The notes below the pieces were generated by a model. That model searched no databases. It saw only the letters and a list, made by a program, of their open reading frames with translations, and was not told the origin of the DNA. From NCBI GenBank assembly GCA_965112735.1, contig OZ218959.1, positions 1,674,001 to 1,738,000 on the forward strand: a stretch of DNA of 64,000 bases, written 5' to 3'. Of this stretch, positions 28,549 to 61,146 are shown piece after piece. Made by a program: the position numbers and the translations under genes. Each line of letters starts with the position of its first letter. The stretch's first letter is position 1. The DNA is from Phaeosaccion multiseriatum. Lineage: Eukaryota; Protista; Ochrophyta, other classes.

Positions 28549-29461
28549 ATGTCAGCTCCATCGAAAGCCGAAGTGATGGGCGAGGCAATTCCCGAAGTGA
28601 TGGTGGCAATCCCGGTCAACGATGATGCGATTCTTGTGGCCCCTGCACCGGGCACCTCCGTAACACAGGGAGATGCGGCTGCGCAACAACAAGCACAGCC
28701 GCCTGCACAACCACAAGGGCCCAAGAAGCCTGCAACGGAGGCATTGAGGGAGGTCGGGGGGCTTTTAGGCGGACTCTTTACCTCCATACCCCTCTTCCTC
28801 ATTGGCTTGGCTACTCTTTTCATCACGTTCCTGATGATTGGGGCAATGACGGCTGATTACCTCACCCTCAAGGCGACTGTCACCTCACTGTTCTTTACGC
28901 AAACCGTCAGTTTTTCACTCGCCCTGGACGACATGGAATGCAGTGGGGACGATCAGGACGATTCAGAATATTGTGCTGGACAGGGCCTTCTGGGAACCTC
29001 CATTTGCTTCGCCTTGATCGCCTCTTTCTGTTTCATCGCTGCCGGCTTTGTCCAAACCAAGATACTCGGTTTGATAGGTGAGGCATCGTGGTGCGCAAAA
29101 AGTTCCCTCACAAGCTTTTATTTGTTCGCTTTTTCACCTCCAGCTTTTGCCTCTTCCCCCCCTCCGTCCCTCCTTCCCTCTCTGCTTTGAAGGTGGTGCG
29201 ATCGGCGCTTTCAGCTGGCCCTTCCTCTTCATTACCCCCATTGTTGTCAGGCAGAGAGCCCTTGAAGAGATTGACGACTACTCCGATGCTTCGATCGAAA
29301 ACGAAGATGGCTTTGGCCTCAACATCACGTGCATCATCTTCCTCCCTCCCGTCATCGCTGCCGCCATCTACTACTCTTTCAAGCACGACAAGAACGAGAG
29401 CGAGCACCAGGACGCACCGCCGGTAGTGGGTACACCGGTCGTGGCTGGGGCTGGTGTGTGA
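28549..29461 (+). CDS. 4-TM claudin/PMP22/amastin-like membrane protein, paralog B (exons 28549-29077, 29193-29461; probable 5'UTR intron 28402-28522)
   Basis: TM1 IPLFLIGLATLFITFLMIGA; Cys pair in loop 1; TM2 LLGTSICFALIASFCFIAAGFV; TM3 ILGLIGGAIGAFSWPFLFITPIVV; TM4 GFGLNITCIIFLPPVIAAAIYY. Confidence 0.8.
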
Positions 29462-30384
29462 GTCGTGGACAAGGTGGAGAGAGATGGAGAATAACAGAGG
29501 GAGGGAGAGAGAGAAAGAAGAGAGAAAGACACAGAGACAAAGAAAGAGAGAGAGACCGCAAGAGAGAAGAAGAGAGAAGAGACGGAGTGCTGTCGGTAGC
29601 TGTGTTATAGCTGGTGCCCCCCGGAGATCGAGCGTGCTTGGGTCGATGTGCACGCGTGGCAGGAGGGCACGACTGGGAGGGGGGGCGATGGCGGTTTTGT
29701 TTTCAACGTAACGTAACGTGTTGTGCACCATCGGCTGTACATACAGTAGAGGGCAGAGGAGGGATGTGGGATCCCTTCACACCTCACCGGTTGGTGGCGT
29801 TCCTTTTTTTTCTTGATTTGCTCGACTGTTCCCTTTTCGCAGCCACTTGTCCGTTCGAAAGTATGTGTACTACACCGACAGCGTGAAATACACCCATTGT
29901 AAATTATGGATGGCTTTGTTTGTTGTTGTTGTTTGTTGTTGGTGTCGGCCGATTGGTGATCCAAATATTTCCCAAACGGCGAAGTCGCCACCTCACGAGT
30001 CTCAGTTTCAGCTGATTCGCCCCCGGCCAACTCGGGCGATCATCCTGATATCGGCGAGACGAGAAGTTCTCGGCGGGGGCCACGAGCAGGAGCGCAAGGC
30101 CAAGTAGAGGTGAGGGGGACCACCTCTCTCTTCGCTCTGGTCTTGGTGGACGTCTACCTTGGCTTGACGTGGAGTGGGCGCTGCCTTCGCCAACAGGAGG
30201 AGCAGCGTGGCGTAACAGGGGCACAGAGGGGCAACCAGCATTCCCTAAGGTCGCGTAGACACACAATCATCATTTGTGACAGAGTAGAGCAGCAGCAGCA
30301 CCCTTCGGTGCAACGCCGGCTGCGAGCTTGCGACGTTTCATCGAGTTTGAAGGAGACGCCCGGCACGAATTAAATAGCCCCTCC

Positions 30385-33300
30385 ATGCCGCCAGAACGGG
30401 TGCGCTCCCCCAGCGGCAGCGGAAGGGTCAGAGGTCTTGGCGGTGGAAGTAGGAGGAGTGGCAGTTGTCGCAGCTGCCGCGGCTGTCCAGGACAACGGAG
30501 GCTAAGAGAAAGCGCTGCAAAGCCGCTGCCTGCGTTAGCGCAGTTCGCCAGCATGGGCCCCACCCTGCCCGGCGGAAGCTCGCGCAGCAGTAGCAGCACC
30601 AACAGTAAGAGAAGAAGGACCGGAGATGTCAGCAGCGAAGCGTACTGCGCCAGCAGTAGGGCTTACCGGCACCGAGCAATTTTTGGCAGCAGCAGCAGCA
30701 GTAGCAGCAGAAGTAGCGGTAGGAGCGCCAACAGCAGCCTGGTGACTCGGCTGCTCCTATTGAGCGTAGGGGTCCTCTTCCTGTCCAGAGGGGCGGACTC
30801 TCAGTCTCGTTTGCTTTGGAACGACGAGTTCAGCGGCTCTTCGCTGGACCTCGATAAGTGGATCGTCGTGACGGGCGACGGTTGCCCTGAGTGAGTACAC
30901 GCGCACCATCGCGCCTTTGGCGATCATGTTCCTCCTAGTGCATTGAGTGTGACTTCCCCATGCATCGTTCTGTATTCGGGGGGCTTGGGGGGAGGGGAAT
31001 ACCGTGCAGACTGTCACCATGCGCATCACTCTGTACTTCCTTCTTAGTGGGGGGCTAGTGAAGCCTGAGTGTGAGTGTGAGTGTTCGTTAGGAGGAGCCT
31101 AACTAGTGCTGGGTGGTCTCTCCCGTCCTTTCGCCTCCACAACGTCCTCCCCCCCCCCCCACCCAGACGCTTCGTTTCCCGTGCTTTGCCACTGTCTCTC
31201 TGACGGGAGATCTCCCCTTTGTGACTTCGAATGATTGATGGTGATTATTGATCAACTACTTACTTCCACTACCTCATCCATCTACCCAACACACAACACA
31301 TACACACTCACACGCACATACGCACACACACATACACACACGAAAGGCAATGCAACTGGGGGAATTACGAGCTGCAGAGCTACACGGAAGACAGCGTAGC
31401 GGTAACCGGTGGGCAACTGCGCATCACGGCCAGCAAGCCGCCCGTAGAAACGGAGGAGGGGTTATTCTATAAGAGTGGGCGGTTAATGACCTCAGAGGAA
31501 TGGTCCTTTACGTACGGCTACGTGGAGGCGCGCATCAAAGTGCCGAAGGTCAGTCAGTCAGTCAGGCGGAGAGGGAGGGAGGGAGGGAGGGAGGGAGGGA
31601 GGGAGGGGGGGAGGGGGGGAGAGAGGGAGGGAGGGAGGGTGCAGAGAGGGTGAGGAGGAGGGGGGAAAGAAAGGAGGGAGGGTCGGAGGGAGAGAGGGAG
31701 GAGGGAGGAGGGACGGAAAGAAGGTGGAGAGAGAGGAGGGAGAGAGGGGAGGAAGGAGGAGAGAGAGGAGGGAGAGAGGGGAGGAAGGAGAAAGGGAGGG
31801 AAGAGAACAAGGGAGGGAGGGAGTGAGCTGTCGTCTCCATTCCTTTGGCGGGGCCACCCCCACCACCACCCCTTCCGTGTCCCTGTAAGGCCACCAAACC
31901 TGCAGATATCCCAAACCAATTACCGCAACTACCGCCTGTCTAACGCCGGTCTCCTCCTCCCCCTCCTCCTCTTCCTCTTCCTCCTTCTCCTCTCCTCCTC
32001 CTCCTCCCCCTCCTCCTCCTCCTCCTCCTCCTCCTCCTCCTCCTCTTCCTCCTCTTCTTCCTCCTCCTCCTCCTCCTCCTCCTCCTCCTCCTTCCTCCTG
32101 CCCTGGTGTTTTTTGTCATCTCTTTCAACGGCTCCTTCATGATTCTGTCAGGGGAGGGGACTTTGGCCTGCCTTTTGGATGCTGCCCCAGAATCCAGAGG
32201 TGTACGGTCTGTGGGCCGCGCATGGCGAGATCGACATCATGGAGGTACGAGGGGCGGTTTGGTTTAAGAAGAACGAAAGTAGACCCTCTGTTTCTTTCCC
32301 CCTCTCCCTCCCTCTCTCTCCGTTTCTCTCCCTCTCTCTCTGCCTCCCTCTTTCTTCCTCTCCGTCTCCATCTCCCTCCGTCTCTCTCTCTGCCCCCCTC
32401 TCTCTTTCTCTCTGTCTCCATCTCTCCCTCTCTCCCCGTCTCATCTCCCTCTCTCTCTCTCGCTCTCTATCAAGTGTAGCCGCTTGTGAAGTTGGGGTCG
32501 CACGTACTTGAAGCATCGCCTGTGATGTCAATGATCACTACTCCTTTAGCCAGTCTTGAGCCACACCTCCTCCTCTCCTCACTCAGTCCCACCTCTCTTC
32601 CCCCTCCCCGTCTCCCCTCTCCCCCCTCTACCCTCCCTCCTCCCCCCTCTCTCCCCTCCAATTGGTCGCGGGATGGATCGATGGCAAAACCGTTTCAAAC
32701 CGTTACAGAATGTGAACGACATGGACGATCTCATTACGACAACGCACTTTGGAGGGACGTCCCCCTACAACCAAAATGCAGGGTGTGCTTTCGACTTTAA
32801 TATCGACTACTCCGAAAACTTCCACGTGTACGCTCTGGACTGGAGAGAGGATCGATTAGACTGGTAAGAGTGGGCATTGGGGTTAAACCCTCTGCCCCAC
32901 TGATTGGGGGTCTATTGAATCTGAAACGGAAACTGAGGATTAGAGGGAGGGTGTCTTTGGTAGATTCATCGACTTCCCGTCCCGAGTCTCTGTTTCTCTG
33001 CCTCCCTCCCTCACCCCCCTCCCTCCGTCCCTCCCTCCCTCTGTCTGCCTCCCTCGTTATCTCCCCCTCAGGTATCTTGACGGGACTCACGTATGCAGGC
33101 GGGAGAAGTGGTACACCGATGCCGTCGACGCCAACGGTAATAGATATCCACAGCCCGCACCCTTCGATATCGACAACTACCTTCTACTCAACCTCGCCGT
33201 GGGTGGGCAGCTGCCCGACGTGTATCTTGGATCGGTGCGTGCGTGTATGTCTGGCCCATGCGTGCGTGGGCCCGTGGGGGAGATTGGAGTACATCAAACC

Positions 33301-36300
33301 TCGAGTACATGAATCCTCAGTCCCCCTCCCCTCTCCTCTCTCCGTCCTCCACCCTCCACCCTTCGCTCTCCGCTCCCCCCTCTCACCTCACACGCAGGTG
33401 GATGATTCAGCCCTACCCGCCACAATGCTTGTGGACTATGTACGAGTGTACTCAGACAACAAGCCTGACACCGTGAAGCCCTTCTTCGGCCACCGTCTCT
33501 GTGTGCCTAACGACGTTCTGGAGGCGGAGTGGTTCGACCTGGGAGGGCAGGGAGTGGGTTACAATGACACAGATGACAAGTGAGTCCAGCAGTTGGTGAT
33601 AAAGAAGTTGGTGATGCAGCAGCAGGCGTATTGATGGTGGTAGTCCCCCCCCCCCCTTTGAATGAATGTGCCTGGCCTACCCCGCCCCTGCCCTGCCCTC
33701 CTGGCCCACCCTGCCCACCCTTCCCCTTCTCCAGTCTCTTGTCTCTTCCCCTCACTTCTTGTACTACCCTTGTTTTTCTTTCCCTGTGGCTTGGCTGCCC
33801 TTCCCCTCCCTCCTCTTGCCTTCCCTCCCACCCCTCCCTCTGGGCCTTCTCACGCCATTCCTTCCTTCACCCCTCTTCCTTTCACTGCCTTCGACAGTAA
33901 CTTTGGAGGCAGCTACCGCACTGAAGGGGTGGATCTTCAGTCCGATGAAATCGCTGGCACCACGAGCAGTGGAGGTGTACATGTCATGGAGACCAGGGAG
34001 GGAGAGTGGCTCAGCTACAGGTGAGGAGTGAGGGAGGGAGGGAGTGAATGTGTGGGTGAGTGAGTGATAGTGTGCGTGAGGGAATGCGTGTGTGCGTAGT
34101 GAATGCGTGTGTGTGTGCGTGGGTGAGTGGGTGGGGAGTGAGCACGTGTCCTATGGAGACCTTCTCCTCCTCCTCCTCCTCCTCCTCCTCCTCCTCCTCC
34201 TCCTCCTCCTCCTTCTCTGCTTCTTCCTCCTCCTTCTCACGTCCTTCCCTTCCTCCCCCCTCCTCATTTTAGCGTCTACGTCACCCGAGACGGGACGTTC
34301 GACAGCACCCTGTCCATCGCCTCTTTGGCAGCAACAGGAAACGTGTCCCTGTCCCTTGACGTGGACAATTGCGATGAGGCGGGGCGGGGAGGGAGTAGCG
34401 ATCTCACTGGCAAAGTTGCGGTCGCTGCGAGTGGATTGGGGTCGTTCTACGAGCTTGACATGGGCCAGATTACGCTGACGAAGGGTGAACACAAGTGAGT
34501 GAGAGAGTGAGTGAATTCGTGCGTGAGTGGGTGCGTGCATGCATGTGTGTGTGTGTGTGGATGGGTGGGCGGGCTTGTGCGTGTGTGTGGTTGAGTGAGT
34601 GAGTGAGTACGTGAGGGAGTAAGGGGGACAGGAGGGGTTGGTGGCGAGCTGATTTCCTATGCCTTTGCCCTCTCTCCCCCCCTCCTCCTCCGTCTCCTCC
34701 CCTCCCTCCCTCCACTAGCCTCAAGCTCTGCATCATCGACCAGGTCGGTACCAACCTCTACTTTGTCATCGACAAACTGTCCATCACCGAGGATGGGGAG
34801 ACATCAGACTTCACTCGCTCCTCCTCCTCTGATGCCCAATGCGCGTCGGGCCGTGCGAGCGTGCCTTACACATTGACTGGCGATCACGCCGGGCCATACC
34901 CACTGCCTTGCACGATTGAGGCGGAGTACTTCGATCACGGGGGTCAGGGGGTGAGTGCGTGTGTGCGTGAGTGAGTGAGTGAGTGAGTGAGTGAGGGAGT
35001 GAGTGAGTGAGGAAGGGAGTGAGTGAGAGTGCGTGAAGGGCGACGGGCGGACCAGACACCAAGTACTGTGTACCCAAGCCATACACCTCCGCATCAATGC
35101 TAGACGTAGACAGTGGAGAGCTGAGAGAGAGATAGAGATGCTGCCAATCGTACACGCTCGGCTACTCGTGCTCGCCTGCCTGCCTGTCTCCCTGTCTATC
35201 TGCCCACTTGCTTGCCTGTCTGCCTACCCGTAAACTAACATCGAACCTTGCCCCCTTTGCATCCCCTCCCCTGTGTGTACACGTGCGTATATCCCTATTA
35301 CCTACATCGTGTGTCACTCACTCACCCACTCACTCACTCACTCACTCCTCTCAGCTTGCTTACTTCGACAATACTCCTCGGAACAACGACGGTCTTGCGA
35401 CCCTCCGCCCCGGCTCCGGTGTAGATGTGTTCGAACCCTTCTCTGGCAGCATGCGCGGCTTGTGAGTGTGACTGACTGAGTGGTAGCTGTGATGCTGTGA
35501 CTATTGGCTGACTGATAGATTGACTGACAACCTGACTGGCAGACAGACACACTGCTGACTGACTATGTGACTGACTCACTGAATGACCTCCTGACTATCC
35601 CTCCTTCCCTCTCTCCTCCCCTCCTCCCTCCTCCCTCCCTCCTCCCTCCTCCTCCCTCTCTCCCTCCCTCCCTCCCTCCCTCCCTCCCTCTCTCCCTCCC
35701 TCTCTCCCTCCCTCCCTCCCTCCCTCCCTCCCTCCCTCCCTCCCTCCCTCCCTCTCTCCCCCCCTCTCTCCCTCTCTCCCTCCCTCCCTCCCTCTCTCGC
35801 CCCCTCTCTCCCTCCCTCCCTCCCTTCCTTCCTTCCTTCCTTCCTTCCTTCCTTCCTTCCTTCCCCCCTTTCTCCCTTTCCTCACTTCCTCCCTTTCCTC
35901 CCTTCCTCCCTCCCTCCCTTCCTCCCTCCCTCCCTCCCTCCCTCCCTCCCTCCCTCCCTCCCTCCCTCCCTCGTTCCTCTCCTCTCCTCTCCTCTCTTCT
36001 CCCAAGGTACGTTTCCTCAATCTCGGCTGGCGAGTACCTTGCCTACACCGTCTCTGTGGCAGTGCATGCCAGGTACAGTGTTGCAGTAGCAGTGGCCACC
36101 GGCTCCAGTGGGGACTTTGCCTTCAGCATCTATGCAGGGGCCACGGATTGCAGCAACAGCACGGGGGGCTTTGATCTGCTTGGAGGCTCCCATTCCTTCA
36201 ACAATACAGGAGGGTGAGTATGACAGGGAGGGTGTGAGGGACGGAGGAGGGAAGGAGGGAAGGAGTGAGTGACGGAGGGAAGGGGGGACAGAGAGTCAGG

Positions 36301-37117
36301 AGGCGAGTGAGGGAGTGGCGGAGGGAGGGAGGGAGGGAGTTTTAATGAGGGGGCGAGTACGTCCTCCTAACCGCTCTGTCTCCCTCTCTCTCTCTCTCTC
36401 TCTCTTCTCAGCTTTGAGTTATTTCAGGAGATAGTGGTGGAGGATGTGGCCTTCCCAGCGGGCAGGTATCGCCTCTTGTTCTGCGCCGACAACGGCACCG
36501 ACTTCAATCTCGATTACATTCAGGTGGGTGGGTGTGGGTGGGTGGAGGGGTGGATAGGTGGGTGGTGGATGGCAGTGGATGCATTGGTGGGTGGATGGCA
36601 GTTCATGTTTTTTATCAATGGGCTCTTCTTTTGGTGCACGTGTGTGTAGCAAGCTAGAGGGACGGCGCACAGTGCCCGGTACCAGTGCCAAGGGCCGTGC
36701 GTCCTGTCCTACCGTACTACTCTCTCTTATCCTCTCTGCACTCCCCTCCCTCCCGCCCCCCTCCCCTCCCCTCCTCTCCCCTCCCCTCCCCAACCACCCC
36801 AGGTGTTCGAGCCGCCGCTGCCCACCCCGGCCCCGACTCCCATTCCCCCCTTCATCCCCAATGCCAGTGAGGAGTGGTCGACAACCAACATTAGTGTCAT
36901 CGTTTGCTCTCTCGTCGCGGGTGTGTTTATCCTGTGGCGCGTGTATGTCATCGTTCGCGCCACGGAGGAGAGGAAGAGGAAGGCTAAGCTGTTTGATGCC
37001 AACTTGGCTGCCTATGAACAATCACGCGGAGTCGGAGGAGGTAAGTTGTCTGTAATTATGGCTAGACTGTCGGTGTGTCTTTCTTTCTTTCTTTCTGTCT
37101 GTCGGTGTGTCTTTCTT

Positions 37118-37188
<71 letters not shown>

Positions 37189-39720
37189 GCGTATCTCTCT
37201 TCTCTCGGTACATCCTGTCTGGAGTTGGGATGTGCTTAAATCTAGATTTCGTTGAGGAGAAGGAAGGAAGGAGGGAGGGAGGGAAGTGGCGGCTCTGCCC
37301 ATCACATACAGTTGTACTGTAGACGTGTTCTTACAATCTTACATCGATACCCACTCTTCCAACAAAACAACACAATGGCGTGTTGGTCCGGCGCCCTCCT
37401 CCTGCCGTCTCCCTCTGCCCCCCTCTACTTCTCTCTCTCTCTGTCCCTCTCCCTTGCTGTATGTTTCGAAGGCGCCAAGTACGCGGTTGACTACCCTCAT
37501 TCCGCCTCCCCAGGGGGGCTAAAGACGGCTCCTCCCAAGCTTGCGCCGGGCATTTTCTCCAGCGGGGGGGGCGGGGGCGGCGGCGGGAGTGACTCGGGAA
37601 CAGCAACCGAGGCCGGGATTGCCTACGCTGCATCTATGCGCTTGTATGGTGGTGGGGACGGAAAGAGTGAAGTCACAAGTGGCATGCAGGAGCAGTATGA
37701 GTGGGAGCAGATGATGCGGGAGGAAGCCAAACGGGGGGAGGAGGGCGGATGGGGTGCGGGGGGCCAGCAGCAGCCGGCGATACGCCTCGCTACCGCCCAC
37801 ACGCAGCTGGCACCGGGGCAGCCACACTCACATGCAAAGCACAAGCCCAATGTGCGCTCCCAGCACCCTCAACCTGTGTACCAGCAATATCAGCACCAGC
37901 AGCAGCAGGAGGGGCATCAGCGAGAGCAAGAGAGCACGAGTCCAATCGGTCTGGCGCGGATGAAGAGGCGGAGTAGAGACGGGAGAGGCCCTGTCGCTCC
38001 ACCCGTACGCAATAATAGCGCAAGCACGAGTAGCAACAGCGTCTTGGGTAATGGGAGTGGCATGGTGGTAGATGACTCGGACGACAGCCGAAGCTCCTAC
38101 CTCTTTCCTGGGCCGGACGGGGGTCGCCAGCTGAATAACCCCATGCGCCTTGGCGGCCTGGGGACCAGCAGCAGCACAATGAATAACTTCCTCAGCGCGC
38201 CTGGCAAGATGATGATAGTCAGCTCGCCGCACTCCCTTGATGGAGTGAGGATGAATCCTTTGATGGAGGCTCGGCTTTGTGATGAGCTCAATGTGAAGGA
38301 GACGGAAACCGGGCATGGACGGTTTTTGTCACCAGAGGACGGCTTACGGGTGAAATACCCGCTCTCGCCGCCGGACGAGCGAGCGGATGAAGGCAACAAC
38401 GATGTGCAGGAACTCCGACTGGTGGACTCTGCTCTACCCTCCGATGCCTTGGACGTGCATGCATTGGAGATGGAGGATTTACAACATCATCACAGCCAAT
38501 CCCCCGCCGCGAGTCTGGGTCGATTGCCAGATATGACGGACGGCGATCGAGGGCGGATGAGTAACCGAGAGCTGTCGAGGATGCGGGCAGCGGAGGCGGA
38601 GAGGGAGGAGAGGCGCTTATATAGTGGGAGGAGCAGCGACGACGAGGAAGACGAGGAAGGGGCCTCATGGGCGTCTGACTCGGACGATCGAGATGATGAA
38701 GACGATATGCATAGGCAACGGCGGGCGGCCCTGATGGAGTCGAGTGGGAGCGACTGGAGCGACAGTGAGGTGAGCGGCAGGGGGGATGGACTCGACGAGT
38801 CAAGAGGGAGCCTTTTCTACGGAGATGGAGCAAGAGGAGCAAGAGGAGGGGGAGGAGGAGGCGGGGAAGGGTTGGAGGTGGGAGTAGGGGACGGGGGGGG
38901 AGGAAGGGGCGCGGATCCTTCCTCCTCCCCGCGTTTCTTCTCTTACAACAAGAATATCTCCCGGATGGCCTCTCCACGGCCGCCCATCATCACTGCCAAC
39001 ACCTCGTCGGGGAGCCAACTAAACTTTGGTAGTCTGTCCGCCAAGGAGATTTCAAGATTGGGTAGCGGACCCCCCACTCGGGACCCCTTTTCTGAGGCGG
39101 AGCTGTTCTTCAACAGCACGGGTGGCTCCGGGCAGAGCGGTGGTGATGCCAAGGAGACTGGCTCTGTTGTAGGAGGAGGAGGAGGAGGAGGAGGAGGTGG
39201 TGGGTCTACGGCAGGGGGAGGAGGAGGGGGTTCGGGGTTAGGTTTGGGGTTCCCAGCAGCAGAGGACAGTGGCAACACCTCCAACCTCGCTCTCAGCTTT
39301 AGCAGCTTTGCCAGCAATGGCACCAGCAAGTGGGCTTGTCTCAATTGCGAAATGTTGAATGCGGATTGCACGGACACCTGCCACGCCTGTGGGGCCAACA
39401 AGAGGGCGGGGCGATCGCGGGCGAACAGTCGGACAGGCAGTCGCGGCGGGAGTCACGGAGGGGGAGGGGCGGGGGGAGGAGGGGGAGGAGGGAGCATCTC
39501 CAGGAACGGCAGTCTCGGGGGAGGAGGGGGCAGCATCCAGAGGAGTGGCAGTTACGGGGCAGGGGGAGGCAGCTTTGGGAACAGGGGGGCGGAGCAGTGG
39601 TGGAGCAACGGAGGAGGAGGGGGAGGAGGAGGAGGGCCTTCTGCCCAGCAGGGGCAGAGCAACAGCATGAGCGACGACGATGCGAGCCTGGACTTGGGCT
39701 TGGGGCCTGGGCCCGAGTGA
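30385..39720 (+). CDS. Type I membrane protein: GH16 laminarinase-like domain, 2x CBM6-like modules, Pro/Thr stalk, TM, ~770-aa disordered cytoplasmic tail with RanBP2-type zinc finger (start 30385 or 30553)
   Basis: Spliced in phase: LLWNDEFSG, WGNYELQSY, YKSGRL, FTYGYVEARIKVP, GLWPAFWML, GEIDIME, FHVYALDW, APFD..YLLLNLAVGG, MLVDYVRVY. EAEWFDLGGQGVGYND...EGEWLSY and IEAEYFDHGGQGLAYFD...AGEYLAY mark the CBM6-like modules. TM ISVIVCSLVAGVFILWRVYVIV then RKRK; WACLNCEMLNADCTDTCHAC at 39331-39390. Confidence 0.85.
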
Positions 39721-40373
39721 GTGTTTGCGTCAGTCAGTCAGTCAGTCCGTGAGTCAGTGAGGCAATGACTGATTTGATCGATTCACTGATTGATTGATTG
39801 ATTGATTTTGGTTTTGGTTGAATGCGTTTCATGCATGCATCCAGCTGAATGAGTTGAGCGTGTGGCTTTGGGCTTGGTGTTGGAGTGTGGGGTGGGGGGG
39901 GGGGGGGAGGACAGCAATGAAGTTATTTTTTTTTTTATAAAAAAAACATTCCCTTGAGGAGGTGTGCGTGGGTGGGGTGGCGGGGGGGGAGGGGGCAATA
40001 GTATTTAGACAAGGCGTCCGAGGTGCCTGGAGTGAAGGGCGGGGTAGAAACACAGAGTAGCACACAAAGTAGCGTGTGTGCGTGCGTGTGTGTATGTGCC
40101 TGTGTGTGTATGTGTGTGTGTGTGTGTGAGGCGGAGTCAAGTTCCCCCCCCCATTGGGAAAGGGGTTGGGCTTGTGGTGGTGCTAAAAAAGGGATTTTTT
40201 TAGCAGGATTTTGGTTCGTACCCCAGCAGGGACGGAACCAAGGGGGTGGGTTACTACGATTTAGAACTGCTATCCAGTGTTAACAAGTATGGGGGAGTAT
40301 GGCCGCGTGGTTGCAATTGCACTGATGCCTCGCTGCTGAGCAGCGAACGGCTTGTGCGTAGGCTGCTGAGCCC

Positions 40374-40415
<42 letters not shown>

Positions 40416-40583
40416 CAAAAGGGACAAGAAATTTAAGTCAAAATAATGTACGTGGCCGCAGTGTCCAGTTCCAGCTGCACACCCCCGGGGTGGCTGTATG
40501 GGCTCAAAGAGACAGTCAGTCATACGCGTATCTTTAGGCCGCTTTCCCTCCCTCATCGCTTTTGTCTTCTCTACATAAACAAC

Positions 40584-43263
<2,680 letters not shown>

Positions 43264-43828
43264 GTTTTGCGAACGGATCGACGAGGGATGACCTGTCGCT
43301 AGGCTGAGCCAGAGCTACCTACCCCACTACGTTTTCTTCTTTGAACGGGGAGAAGAAGAAGAAGAAGAAGGAGGAGGAGGAGCAAGGAGAGGGGAAGGGC
43401 GAAAGACTCGGGCGAGGCAGGCCAGGCGTTCAGGCAATCAACATTGTATGTGTGAGATGGGAGAGGATATATACGTAGCACAGAAGGAGCGACGACGCTT
43501 CATCAGAGTTTTGGTAGTTTAGTACTGTACCACAACAATATCACATGCCCCTGGAAAAAGGAGGAGCAGGGCTTCTCTTATCTTCTTCCAGTTGGCCCCC
43601 TCAAAGGTGAAGCCAGATTTTCCGACGGCGCCAGTGTCAAATTTCAGTTCAATTTTTGTAACCATATCCCGGAGTTCCAAAAACTCTATAGAAAGGAGAG
43701 GGGCTACGACGCTGTGCTCGAGTAGAATGGAAAAGCAGAGAGGAGTCGTGGACAATTGGATGGCACCGTATCCGGTGAAGAAAGGCAAACAACTATAAAC
43801 TAAAAAGCTTCCCTTTAGTCGATGTGCA

Positions 43829-60644
<16,816 letters not shown>

Positions 60645-60658
<14 letters not shown>

Positions 60659-60719
60659 GACAGCGCTTGACATTTGGACCTGAGACAGAGCTTGACATTT
60701 GGACATGGGAGAGAGCATG
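60645..60719 (+). repeat. 25-bp tandem repeat (3 copies) spanning the stop codon
   Basis: ACATTTGGACCTGAGACAGCGCTTG x3, last copy degenerate. Confidence 0.8.
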
Positions 60720-61146
60720 ACAGACTTTCCATGAGAGAAGAACAAAGGGGGGGGGGGGGTACGGCCGTGTAGAGTAGAGTCCAGAGCCGGGCAGGCAGTA
60801 AAGAAGCGTACCACAGAGAGAGAGAGCGAGAGCGAGAAACAGAGAGAGAGACAGAGGGAGAGAGATGGAGAGGGATGTAAGAGAGAGAGAAGAGAGAAAA
60901 CACAAAACATGTCGTAGTAATCAACTTATGGTTTCGTATTCTGATTCCTCGTATCCATTCTTTGCTCCGAGGGGATAGGCGCCGCTCGCTCGTCTTTGAT
61001 CCCATCTCCTTCTCTCCTCCGTGGCTTCGGTCTTTGTTTGTGACGTCCTCCTTCTCCTCCTCTCCTGTTGTTCGTTGTCACTCTTCCCCCTACCCATCAC
61101 CTCCTCCTTCTTTCCGAAAGGCAAACGCCCCCCCCCCCCCACAAAA

